Assembly (NCBI GenBank): GCA_017628075.1
Contig: JAGBZV010000052.1
Location: 1 to 45,039 of the forward strand
Length of the DNA stretch: 45,039 bases
Direction: 5' to 3'
Source of the DNA: Clostridia bacterium
GTDB lineage: Bacteria; Bacillota; Clostridia; Oscillospirales; CAG-272
Shown: positions 11,648 to 19,948 of the stretch, in pieces
How the letters are laid out: every line of letters starts with the position of its first letter
Position numbering within the stretch: the first letter of the stretch is position 1
Notes under the pieces: model-generated
Databases searched by the model: none
Told to the model about the DNA's origin: nothing
The model's input: only the letters and a program-made list of their open reading frames with translations
Made by a program: the position numbers and the translations under genes

Positions 11648-11698
11648 TTGCATCTTTTGAAAAAATGTTGTATAATAGAGAAAACGAATAAATGTTCT
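11648..11698 (+). promoter_or_regulatory. recA promoter with LexA box
   Basis: -35 TTGCAT at 11648-11653, 17-nt spacer, -10 TATAAT at 11671-11676. cGAATaaatGTTCt at 11685-11698 matches GAAC-N4-GTTC with one mismatch and sits just downstream of the -10. Confidence 0.65.
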
Positions 11699-11720
11699 TT
11701 TTGAGAAGGAGAAATCAGAT

Positions 11721-12866
11721 ATGGCAACCAAGAGCAAAAAACAGGAAAGCGTCAGTGTGATCGAAAATCCCGACGATAAGAGAAAGGCACTTGATACTGC
11801 AATCTCGCAGATCAAGAAGGCAAAGGGCGCGGGAAGCATCATGCGGCTTGGAGATAACGTCAATATGAACGTGCAGGCGATCCCCACGGGATCCCTGACG
11901 TTGGACCTTGCCCTGGGAATCGGCGGTGTTCCGAGAGGACGTATCGTGGAGATCTACGGTCCGGAATCCTCCGGTAAGACCACCGTTGCTCTGCATATCA
12001 TTGCAGAAACGCAGAAGATGGGCGGAGAGGCTGCATTCATCGATGCAGAGCACGCGCTCGATCCTCTCTACGCAAAGGCACTTGGCGTCAATATCAACAA
12101 TCTTCTCGTTTCTCAGCCCGACTGCGGTGAGGATGCGCTGGAGATCACCGATGCGCTGGTACGCTCCGGCGCGATCGACGTCGTCGTTGTAGACTCCGTT
12201 GCGGCACTCGTTCCGCAGCAGGAGATCGACGGTGATATGGGTGCCTCCCACGTCGGTCTGCAGGCACGACTCATGAGCCAGGCACTCAGAAAGCTCGCAG
12301 GTGCGATTGCAAAGACGAACTGCGTCGTTGTGTTTATCAACCAGCTGAGAGAAAAGGTCGGCGTCATGTACGGCAATCCCGAGGTCACCACGGGCGGTAA
12401 GGCACTGAAGTTCTATTCGTCTGTCAGAATGGACGTCAGAAAGACAGAGAATCTCAAAAACGGCGATGAAACCTACGGAAACCACGTCAAGGTCAAGATC
12501 GTAAAGAATAAGGTTGCACCTCCCTTCCGTACCGCAGAATTTGACATTCTCTACGGAAAGGGCATCTCCAAATCCTCTGAGATCATTGAGATTGCAACGG
12601 CACTTGAAATCCTTCAGAAAAGCGGCTCCTGGTTTTCCTACAACGGTGACCGCATCGGACAGGGTAAGGAGAATGCGCGCAAATATATCGAGAACAATCC
12701 CGAGGTCATGCGTGAGATCGAGGAACGCATCAAGGGCATGAAGAAGGACGATATGTTCCGCGACGAGGAGGAATACGACGAGGATACGTTCGAGGAGATG
12801 GAGGATGACGATATCGACGACGACGATACTTTCTCCATTAAGCTCACCGACATCGACGGCGACTGA
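11721..12866 (+). CDS. recA: Recombinase RecA
   Basis: [16 protein letters not shown] Walker A and the L1/L2 loop regions. RBS GAAGGAG at 11705-11711. Long acidic C-terminal tail. Confidence 0.97.
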   Translation: MATKSKKQESVSVIENPDDKRKALDTAISQIKKAKGAGSIMRLGDNVNMNVQAIPTGSLTLDLALGIGGVPRGRIVEIYGPESSGKTTVALHIIAETQKMGGEAAFIDAEHALDPLYAKALGVNINNLLVSQPDCGEDALEITDALVRSGAIDVVVVDSVAALVPQQEIDGDMGASHVGLQARLMSQALRKLAGAIAKTNCVVVFINQLREKVGVMYGNPEVTTGGKALKFYSSVRMDVRKTENLKNGDETYGNHVKVKIVKNKVAPPFRTAEFDILYGKGISKSSEIIEIATALEILQKSGSWFSYNGDRIGQGKENARKYIENNPEVMREIEERIKGMKKDDMFRDEEEYDEDTFEEMEDDDIDDDDTFSIKLTDIDGD

Positions 12867-13561
12867 TGGTACGTATCACCGTTACCGGTGTTGAAAGAAC
12901 GGGAAGCAGCCAAAGCACGTATCTCATTACCGTTAAGCTCTCAAACGGAGAAAACGAGGAGGTCCGTACGTTCAAGGTGTTCCGGCGATTTCTCAAAACG
13001 GAACCGATTTCGGGAAACGTGCCTGCCCCCGGTGACAATCTCAGCGGCGAGGTGTACGAGGCACTTGAATTTGCAGAGGAATGCTCCCTTGCCGTCGTGC
13101 GTGCCGTTTCACTGCTTTCCTATGGGGACAGCACCGCGAGAAATCTGACGGAAAAGCTGCGCAGAAAGGGTGTAGGAAAAGAGGCTGCAGAGGCTGCCGT
13201 CCGTTTCTGCGAGGAAAAGCGCTATATCGATGAGGAGGCGTATCTGCGCCGCCTGATGGAGCAGCTGTGCGAAAAAAAGCACTACGGTCTGCGCCGCATC
13301 CGACAGGAGATATATACGAAGGGCTTTTCGCGTGAGGCAGTGGAAGCGGTGCTTGAGGACTGTGCCGCATCGCTTGACTTTGAGGGGGCGCTCCTTGAAA
13401 GAATAAACAAGCTGGGATACGCGTCGTTTTCCACGCCCGAAAAGAAAAAAAAACAAATTGCTGCCCTGCAAAGATACGGATTTTCCTTTGAGGAGATCAA
13501 AAGGGCACTTGGGACTCTGCAGATTCCGGATGAAGACGAGGATCTTTATTTTGAGGAATGA
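12866..13561 (+). CDS. recX: RecA regulator RecX
   Basis: ATG overlaps the recA stop (TGATG). Contains RecX helical repeats (ARNLTEKLRRKG..., AYLRRLMEQL..., IRQEIYTKGF...). Confidence 0.85.
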   Translation: MVRITVTGVERTGSSQSTYLITVKLSNGENEEVRTFKVFRRFLKTEPISGNVPAPGDNLSGEVYEALEFAEECSLAVVRAVSLLSYGDSTARNLTEKLRRKGVGKEAAEAAVRFCEEKRYIDEEAYLRRLMEQLCEKKHYGLRRIRQEIYTKGFSREAVEAVLEDCAASLDFEGALLERINKLGYASFSTPEKKKKQIAALQRYGFSFEEIKRALGTLQIPDEDEDLYFEE

Positions 13562-13602
13562 GCGTCTGTCCTAATACACAATGGAACAGGAAGCAAAAAC
13601 GT

Positions 13603-14955
13603 ATGAAAAAGAAATCGAAAATAGGCTTTATTTCTCTGGGCTGTCCCAAAAATCAGGTAGATACCGAGGTCATGCTGGCTGACGTCGTAAAGGCGGGCTA
13701 TGAGATCACGCCGGACGATACGGAGGCGGATATCGTTATCATCAATACCTGTGCCTTTATCGAAAGCGCAAAGCAGGAGGCCATTGATAACATTCTCGAC
13801 GAGGCTTGGCTGAAAAAGAACGCGAATCTCAAGGGAATCATCGTTACAGGCTGTCTTTCACAGCGGTACCGCGAGCAGGTGTTTGAGGAGCTGCCGGAGG
13901 TCGATGCCATTCTTGGCGTAGGCTCTCTGCATCATATCGTCGATGCCATCGAAGCGGTGGAGCGCAAAAAGCGCTATTCCTCCTTTGAGGATATAAAGAA
14001 GATGGAAACCGCGTGCGACAGAGTCGTGACGACACCGCAGTACCTTGCGTATCTGAAGATTTCGGAGGGCTGCGACAATCGCTGTACCTATTGTGCGATT
14101 CCCGGTATCCGCGGAGGCCTGCATTCCCGTCCCATGGAGGAGCTCATCGCAGAGGCGAAGGACATGGAGGCGCTTGGTACAAGGGAGCTTGTGCTCATCG
14201 CACAGGATACCACGGCATACGGCCGGGATATCTACGGTGAGGATATGCTCGTGACGCTCATACAGAGAATTACAGCGGAAACCGCGATTCCGTGGATCCG
14301 TATTCTCTACTGCTATCCCGATAAGATCTCCGACGCTCTCGTTGAGGAGTTCCGTACCAATCACCGTCTTGTAAAGTATATAGACCTGCCCGTGCAGCAT
14401 CTTTCCGATCCGATCCTGCGCCGCATGAACCGCCGCGGAAATGCAGAAACAATCTTTGACGCCGTGGCCCGTCTTCGTTCCGTGCCCGGCATGGTGATTC
14501 GTTCCACCTTCATCGTCGGCTTCCCCGGCGAAACGGAGGAGGACTTCAGAATCCTCTGCGAGGGCGCAAAGAAGCTCGATTTTGACCGTCTGGGTGTCTT
14601 TGCGTATTCCCGTGAGGAGGATACGCCCGCATACGATTTTGAAGGCCAGATCGAGGAGCAGGTCAAGCAGGACCGCTGCGATATTCTCATGCGTGAGCAG
14701 GCAGACCGCAGCAGAGCAAGAGCAGAAGCCATGATCGGAAAAACCGTGACGGTGCTCGTTGAGGGCTTTGACACGATTTCCGAAAACTATTGGGGACGCA
14801 CCTACGCCGATGCGTATGATATCGACGGCAAGGTATTCTTCTCCAACGAGCTCGGAAAGACGCGGCTGCAGGAGGGACAATTCGTTCTCGTGAAGATCAC
14901 GGATTGCTATGAGGACTACGACCTGGTAGGCGAAGCGGTCAATTCCGCAATCTGA
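13603..14955 (+). CDS. rimO: Ribosomal protein S12 methylthiotransferase RimO (radical SAM, TRAM domain)
   Basis: IGFISLGCPKNQVDTE N-terminal cluster and the radical-SAM motif CDNRCTYC, with a C-terminal TRAM-like region. ATG at 13603 follows AGGAAG. Confidence 0.88.
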   Translation: MKKKSKIGFISLGCPKNQVDTEVMLADVVKAGYEITPDDTEADIVIINTCAFIESAKQEAIDNILDEAWLKKNANLKGIIVTGCLSQRYREQVFEELPEVDAILGVGSLHHIVDAIEAVERKKRYSSFEDIKKMETACDRVVTTPQYLAYLKISEGCDNRCTYCAIPGIRGGLHSRPMEELIAEAKDMEALGTRELVLIAQDTTAYGRDIYGEDMLVTLIQRITAETAIPWIRILYCYPDKISDALVEEFRTNHRLVKYIDLPVQHLSDPILRRMNRRGNAETIFDAVARLRSVPGMVIRSTFIVGFPGETEEDFRILCEGAKKLDFDRLGVFAYSREEDTPAYDFEGQIEEQVKQDRCDILMREQADRSRARAEAMIGKTVTVLVEGFDTISENYWGRTYADAYDIDGKVFFSNELGKTRLQEGQFVLVKITDCYEDYDLVGEAVNSAI

Positions 14956-14983
14956 TACCAAATAAAGGAAAGGTGAACCCATT

Positions 14984-15553
14984 ATGAATCTGCCGAATAA
15001 GCTGACACTTCTCCGTGTGGTTATGGCACCCATTGCCATGATCTTTATCATGTACCCCATCGGTGGGGAAACGGTTGCCCGTCTGATCGCTGCCGTCCTG
15101 TTCGTGCTTACCGCACTGACGGATATGCTGGACGGAAAAATCGCACGCAAATACAATCTCATCACGAACTTCGGAAAATTCATGGATCCGCTCGCGGACA
15201 AGTTCATGGTCATCGGTATGCTTGTGACCATGTGTGCGTCTGCAATGTATGAGAGCGTTCGCGCGGTGCTCGTCTGGGTGACGCTCGTCGTCATTCTCCG
15301 TGAGCTTGCCGTGACCTCTCTCCGTCTGCTCGTTGCATCGTCCGAGAAAAAAATCGTCGTTGCGGCAAGCTGGCTCGGTAAGATCAAGACGGTTTCGCAG
15401 ATCGCCGCAATTCTCGTAATGATCCTTGAGCCCATGATCTGGGACGGCGGAATCGTATCGCTCGTTACTGTCAGCTTCATGGGAATCATGACGCTGTGGA
15501 GCGGCATCGATTACATGAAGTCCTACGCAGCCTTTATCGATCCCAACGAATAA
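14984..15553 (+). CDS. pgsA: CDP-diacylglycerol--glycerol-3-phosphate 3-phosphatidyltransferase
   Basis: CDP-alcohol phosphatidyltransferase motif D(M)LDGKIAR...G...DPLADK, with multiple TM segments. Confidence 0.92.
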   Translation: MNLPNKLTLLRVVMAPIAMIFIMYPIGGETVARLIAAVLFVLTALTDMLDGKIARKYNLITNFGKFMDPLADKFMVIGMLVTMCASAMYESVRAVLVWVTLVVILRELAVTSLRLLVASSEKKIVVAASWLGKIKTVSQIAAILVMILEPMIWDGGIVSLVTVSFMGIMTLWSGIDYMKSYAAFIDPNE

Positions 15554-15564
15554 AGCAATGAAAA

Positions 15565-15611
15565 GCGCGCATCTCCCGACGGATACCGTCGGCGGGATGC
15601 GCTTTTTTTTT
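15565..15611 (+). terminator. Intrinsic terminator after pgsA
   Basis: Hairpin GCGCATCtCCCGACGG / CCGTCGGcGGGATGCGC followed by a T9 run (15603-15611). Confidence 0.85.
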
Positions 15612-15745
15612 ATTCCTGTGGGGGTGTGGGGTGTGCCGGATTGCGTTGTGCGGAGGAAGAAGATGCGTCAGAGAGAAAAATTTAATAAGAGCAAATGTTT
15701 GCTTTTTACGGCAAAAACAGACAGTATGTTCGAAAAATATTTTTT

Positions 15746-15871
15746 AAAACTGCCACCCGACGAAGTGGGTGATGGTAAGGATATTAAAAAACTGTCACCC
15801 AACGAAGTGGGTGATGGTGAGGATATTAAAAAAACCGTCACCCGATGAAGCGGGTGACGGAAAGGATATAT
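15746..15871. repeat. Three tandem copies of about 42 bp, each with a CACCC-loop-GGGTG hairpin
   Basis: Copies at 15746-15787, 15788-15829 and 15830-15871 (periods 42 and 43 nt). Copies 1 and 2 differ at 3 positions. Copy 3 contains the HAD gene stop codon. Confidence 0.9.
15828..15860 (-). terminator. Intrinsic terminator of the rny-ymdB-mgsA-HAD operon (overlaps the HAD stop codon)
   Basis: Minus strand reads CCGTCACCCG-cttcat-CGGGTGACGG followed by T7. The TGA stop (15838-15840) lies in the 3' arm. Confidence 0.75.
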
Positions 15872-16512
15872 TCCGTGAGATCTGTGGGTGTGTCGAAGAT
15901 CGCGGAATCGGCAAGGCCGCTATCGCGCAGAACGCAGCGGCCGCGGAAGCCCCACGCACAACCAAGGCACGGAATCCCCGCAGCCCTTGCTGTAAGAACG
16001 TCTACCTCGGAATCTCCTATGTAGATACAGTCCTCCGTGCGTGCACCGAGCGTGCGGATGGCCTCAAAAATACCGTCCGGAGCAGGCTTTTTTGGAATGC
16101 GATCGCTCTCCCCAATGGCTGTGGAAATATATTGACCAAAGAAATCGCGGTTCAGCGCCTTGACAGCCTCATCGAATTTGTTGGATACGATCGCCATCTG
16201 GCATCCGGCTGCCGCAAGCGCTGCAAGCGCCTCCATGATTCCCGGATACGGTGCCGTGTGGTCAAGGCTGTGGGAGGCGTAATACGGACGGAATACCCGA
16301 AGCACCTCGTCGGCGCGATCCTGCGGTGTTCCCGCCGGAACGGCACGCTCGATCAGCTTTTTTACGCCGCCTCCGACGAAATTCCGAACCTCCTCGCGCG
16401 TGCGCGCAGGATATCCGCACGCCAAAAGCGCGTGGTTGACGGACAGATAAAGGTCGTCAAGCGTATCAAGCAGCGTTCCGTCCAAATCGAACAAAAGTAC
16501 CGTTTTGTTCAT
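15838..16512 (-). CDS. HAD-IA hydrolase, phosphoglycolate-phosphatase-like
   Basis: Motif I FDLDGTLLDT, motif II SNK, and motif III K...GDSEVD. Start ATG at 16512, 7 nt after the mgsA stop. The longer ORF-track version overlaps mgsA. Confidence 0.85.
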   Translation of the reverse strand: MNKTVLLFDLDGTLLDTLDDLYLSVNHALLACGYPARTREEVRNFVGGGVKKLIERAVPAGTPQDRADEVLRVFRPYYASHSLDHTAPYPGIMEALAALAAAGCQMAIVSNKFDEAVKALNRDFFGQYISTAIGESDRIPKKPAPDGIFEAIRTLGARTEDCIYIGDSEVDVLTARAAGIPCLGCAWGFRGRCVLRDSGLADSAIFDTPTDLTEYILSVTRFIG

Positions 16513-16519
16513 GATACGG

Positions 16520-16993
16520 TTACAATGTGTTCGCACGGTCCTCGATGTTCTTGCGGAAGTTGATGATGTCGTGGACATACTCTGCCGACATATAGGACGA
16601 GGTGATGATGAAGTCTGCGGTTGCGCGGTTGTTAGCGATCGGAATATCGTAGACCTGTGCAATGCGCAGAAGGGCCTTGACGTCCGGATCGTGCGGCTGT
16701 GCCGCGAGCGGATCGGAGAAGAAGATCACAAGGTCGATCTTTCCGTCCACGATACGGGCGCCGATCTGCTGGTCGCCGCCGAGCGGACCGGAATTATAGC
16801 CGCGTACGGGAAGCCCCGTTTCCTCAGCGACCATGCGTGCGGTCGTACCTGTGCCGCACAGGAAATGCCCCTCAAGAATAGTCTTGTTTTTCTTGCACCA
16901 TTCGATCATGTCGTGCTTTTTGGAGTCGTGTGCGATGAGTGCGATATTCTTCTGGCGGGCAATGACCATATTGATCTTTTCGTTTTCAAACAT
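16520..16993 (-). CDS. mgsA: Methylglyoxal synthase
   Basis: IALIAHDSKK...GTGTTA...GPLGGDQQIG...DPLAAQPHDPDVKALLR are typical MgsA motifs. RBS AAAGGAAG precedes ATG at 16993. Confidence 0.9.
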   Translation of the reverse strand: MFENEKINMVIARQKNIALIAHDSKKHDMIEWCKKNKTILEGHFLCGTGTTARMVAEETGLPVRGYNSGPLGGDQQIGARIVDGKIDLVIFFSDPLAAQPHDPDVKALLRIAQVYDIPIANNRATADFIITSSYMSAEYVHDIINFRKNIEDRANTL

Positions 16994-17066
16994 AGCGGTG
17001 AAGCTTCCTTTCAGTTTCTTTTTTTCGGGATGGGATCCCTTTCGTTTCGGGAAGTATGCGGGGTGC

Positions 17067-17858
17067 CTACGGGCCGAGCGTGCGGAGGATCTGCTTGACC
17101 TCCGTGACGCGTTTGACGTCCGTATCGTAGGTAAAGCACGCTCCGCCGAGTAGGATCGGACCGTCGCCAAGCTCAAAGCGGACGGGCATCTTGGTGCGGA
17201 GCTTTTCAATGATGATGTCTGCGCGCACGCCGAGTACGCTGTTCTCAGGGCCGACCATGCCAAGATCCGTGATGTAGCCGGTACCGCCCGGCAGGATGCG
17301 CAGATCGGCTGTCGGCGTATGCGTATGCGTGCCGAAGACGATGCCGATGCGTCCGTCGAAGTAGTGACCGAGCGCGATCTTTTCCGAGGTTGCCTCGGCG
17401 TGAACGTCAAGCACGGCAAGATCGTAGCGGCCCTCTTCCCTGTCAAGGATCCTGTCAACGGCCGTGAAGGGAGACTCCAGCGGCTCCATATAGATCGTAC
17501 CCATGACGGAAATGACGAGAATACGCATACCGAGGATGTTCTGCACGGTGTAGCCTGCGCCCGGACAGGAGGGCGGGTAGTTTGCGGGCCTGACAATCTG
17601 ATCACTGTCGCGCAGAAATTCGTAGATATCGCGCTTCTGCCAGACGTGATTGCCGGTAGTGATGACGTCCGCTCCGGATGCGAGAAGGGTTTTTGCCGAG
17701 GGAACGTCGATGCCGTTTCCGGGTGCGGCGTTTTCTCCGTTTACGATGACGGCGTCCGCTGAAAATTCGTTTTTGAGGGGATAGAGCGCGGAGGAAAGAC
17801 GATCCAGCGCACGCGGACCGACCACGTCTCCGACGGTAAGGATACGGAGCTTGCTCAT
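17067..17858 (-). CDS. ymdB: YmdB-family metallophosphoesterase (2',3'-cyclic-nucleotide phosphodiesterase)
   Basis: ILTVGDVVG, GENAAPGNG, TTGNHVW and DVHAEATSEK motifs. Lies directly downstream of rny as in Bacillus. RBS GGGAGG precedes ATG at 17858. Confidence 0.9.
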   Translation of the reverse strand: MSKLRILTVGDVVGPRALDRLSSALYPLKNEFSADAVIVNGENAAPGNGIDVPSAKTLLASGADVITTGNHVWQKRDIYEFLRDSDQIVRPANYPPSCPGAGYTVQNILGMRILVISVMGTIYMEPLESPFTAVDRILDREEGRYDLAVLDVHAEATSEKIALGHYFDGRIGIVFGTHTHTPTADLRILPGGTGYITDLGMVGPENSVLGVRADIIIEKLRTKMPVRFELGDGPILLGGACFTYDTDVKRVTEVKQILRTLGP

Positions 17859-17950
17859 GAGATCTGTTCTGCCTCCCAAAAATGGGCAGGCATCCTTTCT
17901 TTTGTGATCCGGGAGGCGGGAATGCCCGGCGGAGCAGGCAGGATGGCCTA

Positions 17951-18004
17951 TGCGTTTTTTTCGATGAAAACGGCTGCTGTAGGCTTTGAAAACCCGCAGC
18001 AGCC
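17951..18004 (-). terminator. Possible partial terminator or processing hairpin between rny and ymdB
   Basis: Minus strand reads GGCTGCTG-(17 nt)-CAGCAGCC followed by GTTTTCATCGAAAAAAA. The T-run is poor, so read-through is likely. Confidence 0.35.
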
Positions 18005-18018
18005 GGATCGGATGTGTG

Positions 18019-19560
18019 TTACTTTGCGTAGTCGATTGCGCGGCTTTCGCGGATAATGGAAACCTTGATCTGACCCGGATATTCCAGCTCAGACTCAATC
18101 TTCTTGACAATATCGCGCGCAACAAGCACCATGCGGTCGTCTGTGACCTCCTCGGGCTTGACCATAATGCGGATCTCGCGGCCAGCCTGGATGGCGAAGG
18201 TCTTTTCAACGCCGGGGAAGGAGCCGGCAATCTCCTCAAGCTTCTGCAGACGCTTGATGTAATTTTCAAGATCCTCACGGCGTGCGCCGGGACGTGCTGC
18301 GGAGAGATCGTCAGCCGCATCGACGATGAGTGCAATGAGTGTCTGCGGCTCAACGTCGCCGTGGTGTGCCTCGATGGCGTGGATGATCTCCTTGTTTTCC
18401 TTGTACTTGCGTGCAATGTCAACGCCGAGCTGGACGTGAGAGCCCTCGACCTCCTGCGTCAGCGCCTTGCCGATATCGTGCAGAAGACCTGCACGCTTTG
18501 CAAGCACGGAATCCACACCAAGCTCGTCTGCGATCATGCCGGAGAGCAGTGCGACCTCAATGGAATGGTTGAGCACGTTCTGACCGTAGCTGGTACGGAA
18601 CTTCAGACGGCCGAGCAGACGGACCATTTCGGCGTTGATGCCGTGAATACCGACCTCAAAGACGGCACGCTCACCTGCCTGCTTGATGATGGCATCGACC
18701 TCGCGGCGGGATTTCTCCACCATTTCCTCGATGCGTGCGGGATGGATTCTTCCGTCCGCGATCAGCTTTTCAAGCGACAGACGCGCGACCTCGCGGCGGA
18801 TGGGATCGAAGCTGGACAGCGTGATCGCCTCGGGCATATCGTCGATGATCAGATCGACGCCCGTGAGCGTTTCAATGGTACGGATGTTTCTGCCCTCGCG
18901 GCCGATGATACGGCCCTTCATCTCATCGTTGGGAAGATTCACAACGGAAACGGTTGCCTCGGATACCATATCTGCGGAGAGCCGCTGAATGGCAAGGGTA
19001 ATGATGTTGGTCGCTTTCGCGTCCGCTTCTTCTCTTGACTGCTGTTCGATCTCGATAACACGCTTTGCTGCGTCGAGCTTCGCCTCTTCCTCGATTTTGG
19101 AAACAAGCTCGCTCTTGGCTTCAGCAACGGTCAGACCGGAGAGCTGCTCCAGCACGGTGACCTGCTGCGCCTTGAGATGCTCGATCTCCTCGGCTGCTTC
19201 GGTGTTTTCCTTGATCTTTCTGTTCAAGGCCTCTTCCTTACGGTCGACTGCCTCGTGCTTGCGGTCGAGTGCCTCTTCCTTCTGGGTAAGCTTGCGCTCC
19301 AGACGGGAAATTTCGGCACGGCGCTCCTTCAGCTCACGCTCTGTTTCATTCTTGGTCTGGAGGATTTCCTCCTTCGCTTCAATCAGAGCCTCTTTCTTTC
19401 TTGTCTCGCCAAGCTTCGTCGCTTCTTCAATGATCGACTTCGCCTTTTCCTCGGCAGAGCCGATCGCCTTTTCACCGACGCGCTTGCGCCACTGAATACC
19501 GATCACGATACCGATGACAAGACCGATGACAGCAATCAAGGCGTACAATACATAATCCAT
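18019..19560 (-). CDS. rny: Ribonuclease Y
   Basis: N-terminal TM helix, a long coiled-coil ([11 protein letters not shown]...), a KH domain ([12 protein letters not shown]) and an HD domain (LLHDIGKA). RBS AAGGAGGA. Confidence 0.96.
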   Translation of the reverse strand: MDYVLYALIAVIGLVIGIVIGIQWRKRVGEKAIGSAEEKAKSIIEEATKLGETRKKEALIEAKEEILQTKNETERELKERRAEISRLERKLTQKEEALDRKHEAVDRKEEALNRKIKENTEAAEEIEHLKAQQVTVLEQLSGLTVAEAKSELVSKIEEEAKLDAAKRVIEIEQQSREEADAKATNIITLAIQRLSADMVSEATVSVVNLPNDEMKGRIIGREGRNIRTIETLTGVDLIIDDMPEAITLSSFDPIRREVARLSLEKLIADGRIHPARIEEMVEKSRREVDAIIKQAGERAVFEVGIHGINAEMVRLLGRLKFRTSYGQNVLNHSIEVALLSGMIADELGVDSVLAKRAGLLHDIGKALTQEVEGSHVQLGVDIARKYKENKEIIHAIEAHHGDVEPQTLIALIVDAADDLSAARPGARREDLENYIKRLQKLEEIAGSFPGVEKTFAIQAGREIRIMVKPEEVTDDRMVLVARDIVKKIESELEYPGQIKVSIIRESRAIDYAK

Positions 19561-19729
19561 ACGTATTTCCTCCTTGGTTGAATGAATTGTTACGGATAAA
19601 ATAAATTCGGTTGCCGTTACAGAGGGGCACGGTGCCCGCCGTAAGACGGAATCTCTGCGGTACCATCACGCAGAAAATTTCCGGCCAAAAAGCCGACAGG
19701 GCAAACGCAGGCCATTCTATAACATATCT

Positions 19730-19758
19730 ATTTTAATGTATTTTTGCGAACTTGTCAA
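19730..19758 (-). promoter_or_regulatory. rny operon promoter
   Basis: Minus strand: -35 TTGACA (19758-19753), 17-nt spacer, -10 TAAAAT (19735-19730). Implies a 5' leader of roughly 160 nt. Confidence 0.55.
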
Positions 19759-19849
19759 GGGGGTTGGGCGAAATTGTCCCGAAATATTTAAAAAAAATCC
19801 TTCCAAAATAAAAAAGTGTTAATATTTGTATAATATTTTGAAGAAAAAG

Positions 19850-19878
19850 TTGACAAACGAGCAATTTCGGAGTACAAT
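19850..19878 (+). promoter_or_regulatory. yicC operon promoter
   Basis: -35 TTGACA at 19850-19855, 17-nt spacer, -10 TACAAT at 19873-19878. Confidence 0.6.
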
Positions 19879-19948
19879 AATATATATATCCCCAAATTGA
19901 AAGCATCTCTTGAAAAAGGTCCGAAGCCAAAGGAGGTATTCCACGACC

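Noticed and set aside
13858-15507. A 549-aa ORF on the minus strand spanning rimO and pgsA. Similar long antisense ORFs occur at 6011-7264, 9501-10649, 17986-19038, 19733-20881, 22915-24210, 25131-26264, 30608-32068, 35723-36754, 36872-37798, 37802-38632 and 40011-41282.
   Set aside because: Each lies exactly opposite a gene with unmistakable conserved motifs. None has a plausible SD or start context. Their translations are Arg/Ala/His/Gly-rich with no recognisable domains. Long stop-free antisense frames are expected in GC-rich coding DNA.
15746-15871. Hairpin-containing direct repeats considered as a mini CRISPR array.
   Set aside because: There are only three units, and they are contiguous with no unique spacers. 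No cas genes are present in the window. The units are explained as duplicated gene end plus terminator.
15769-16563. A 264-aa plus-strand ORF starting in the repeats and running antisense through the HAD gene, and the 16505-17098 ORF antisense to mgsA.
   Set aside because: They lie opposite well-supported HAD and MgsA coding sequences. They have no SD, and their N-terminus is generated by the tandem repeat.
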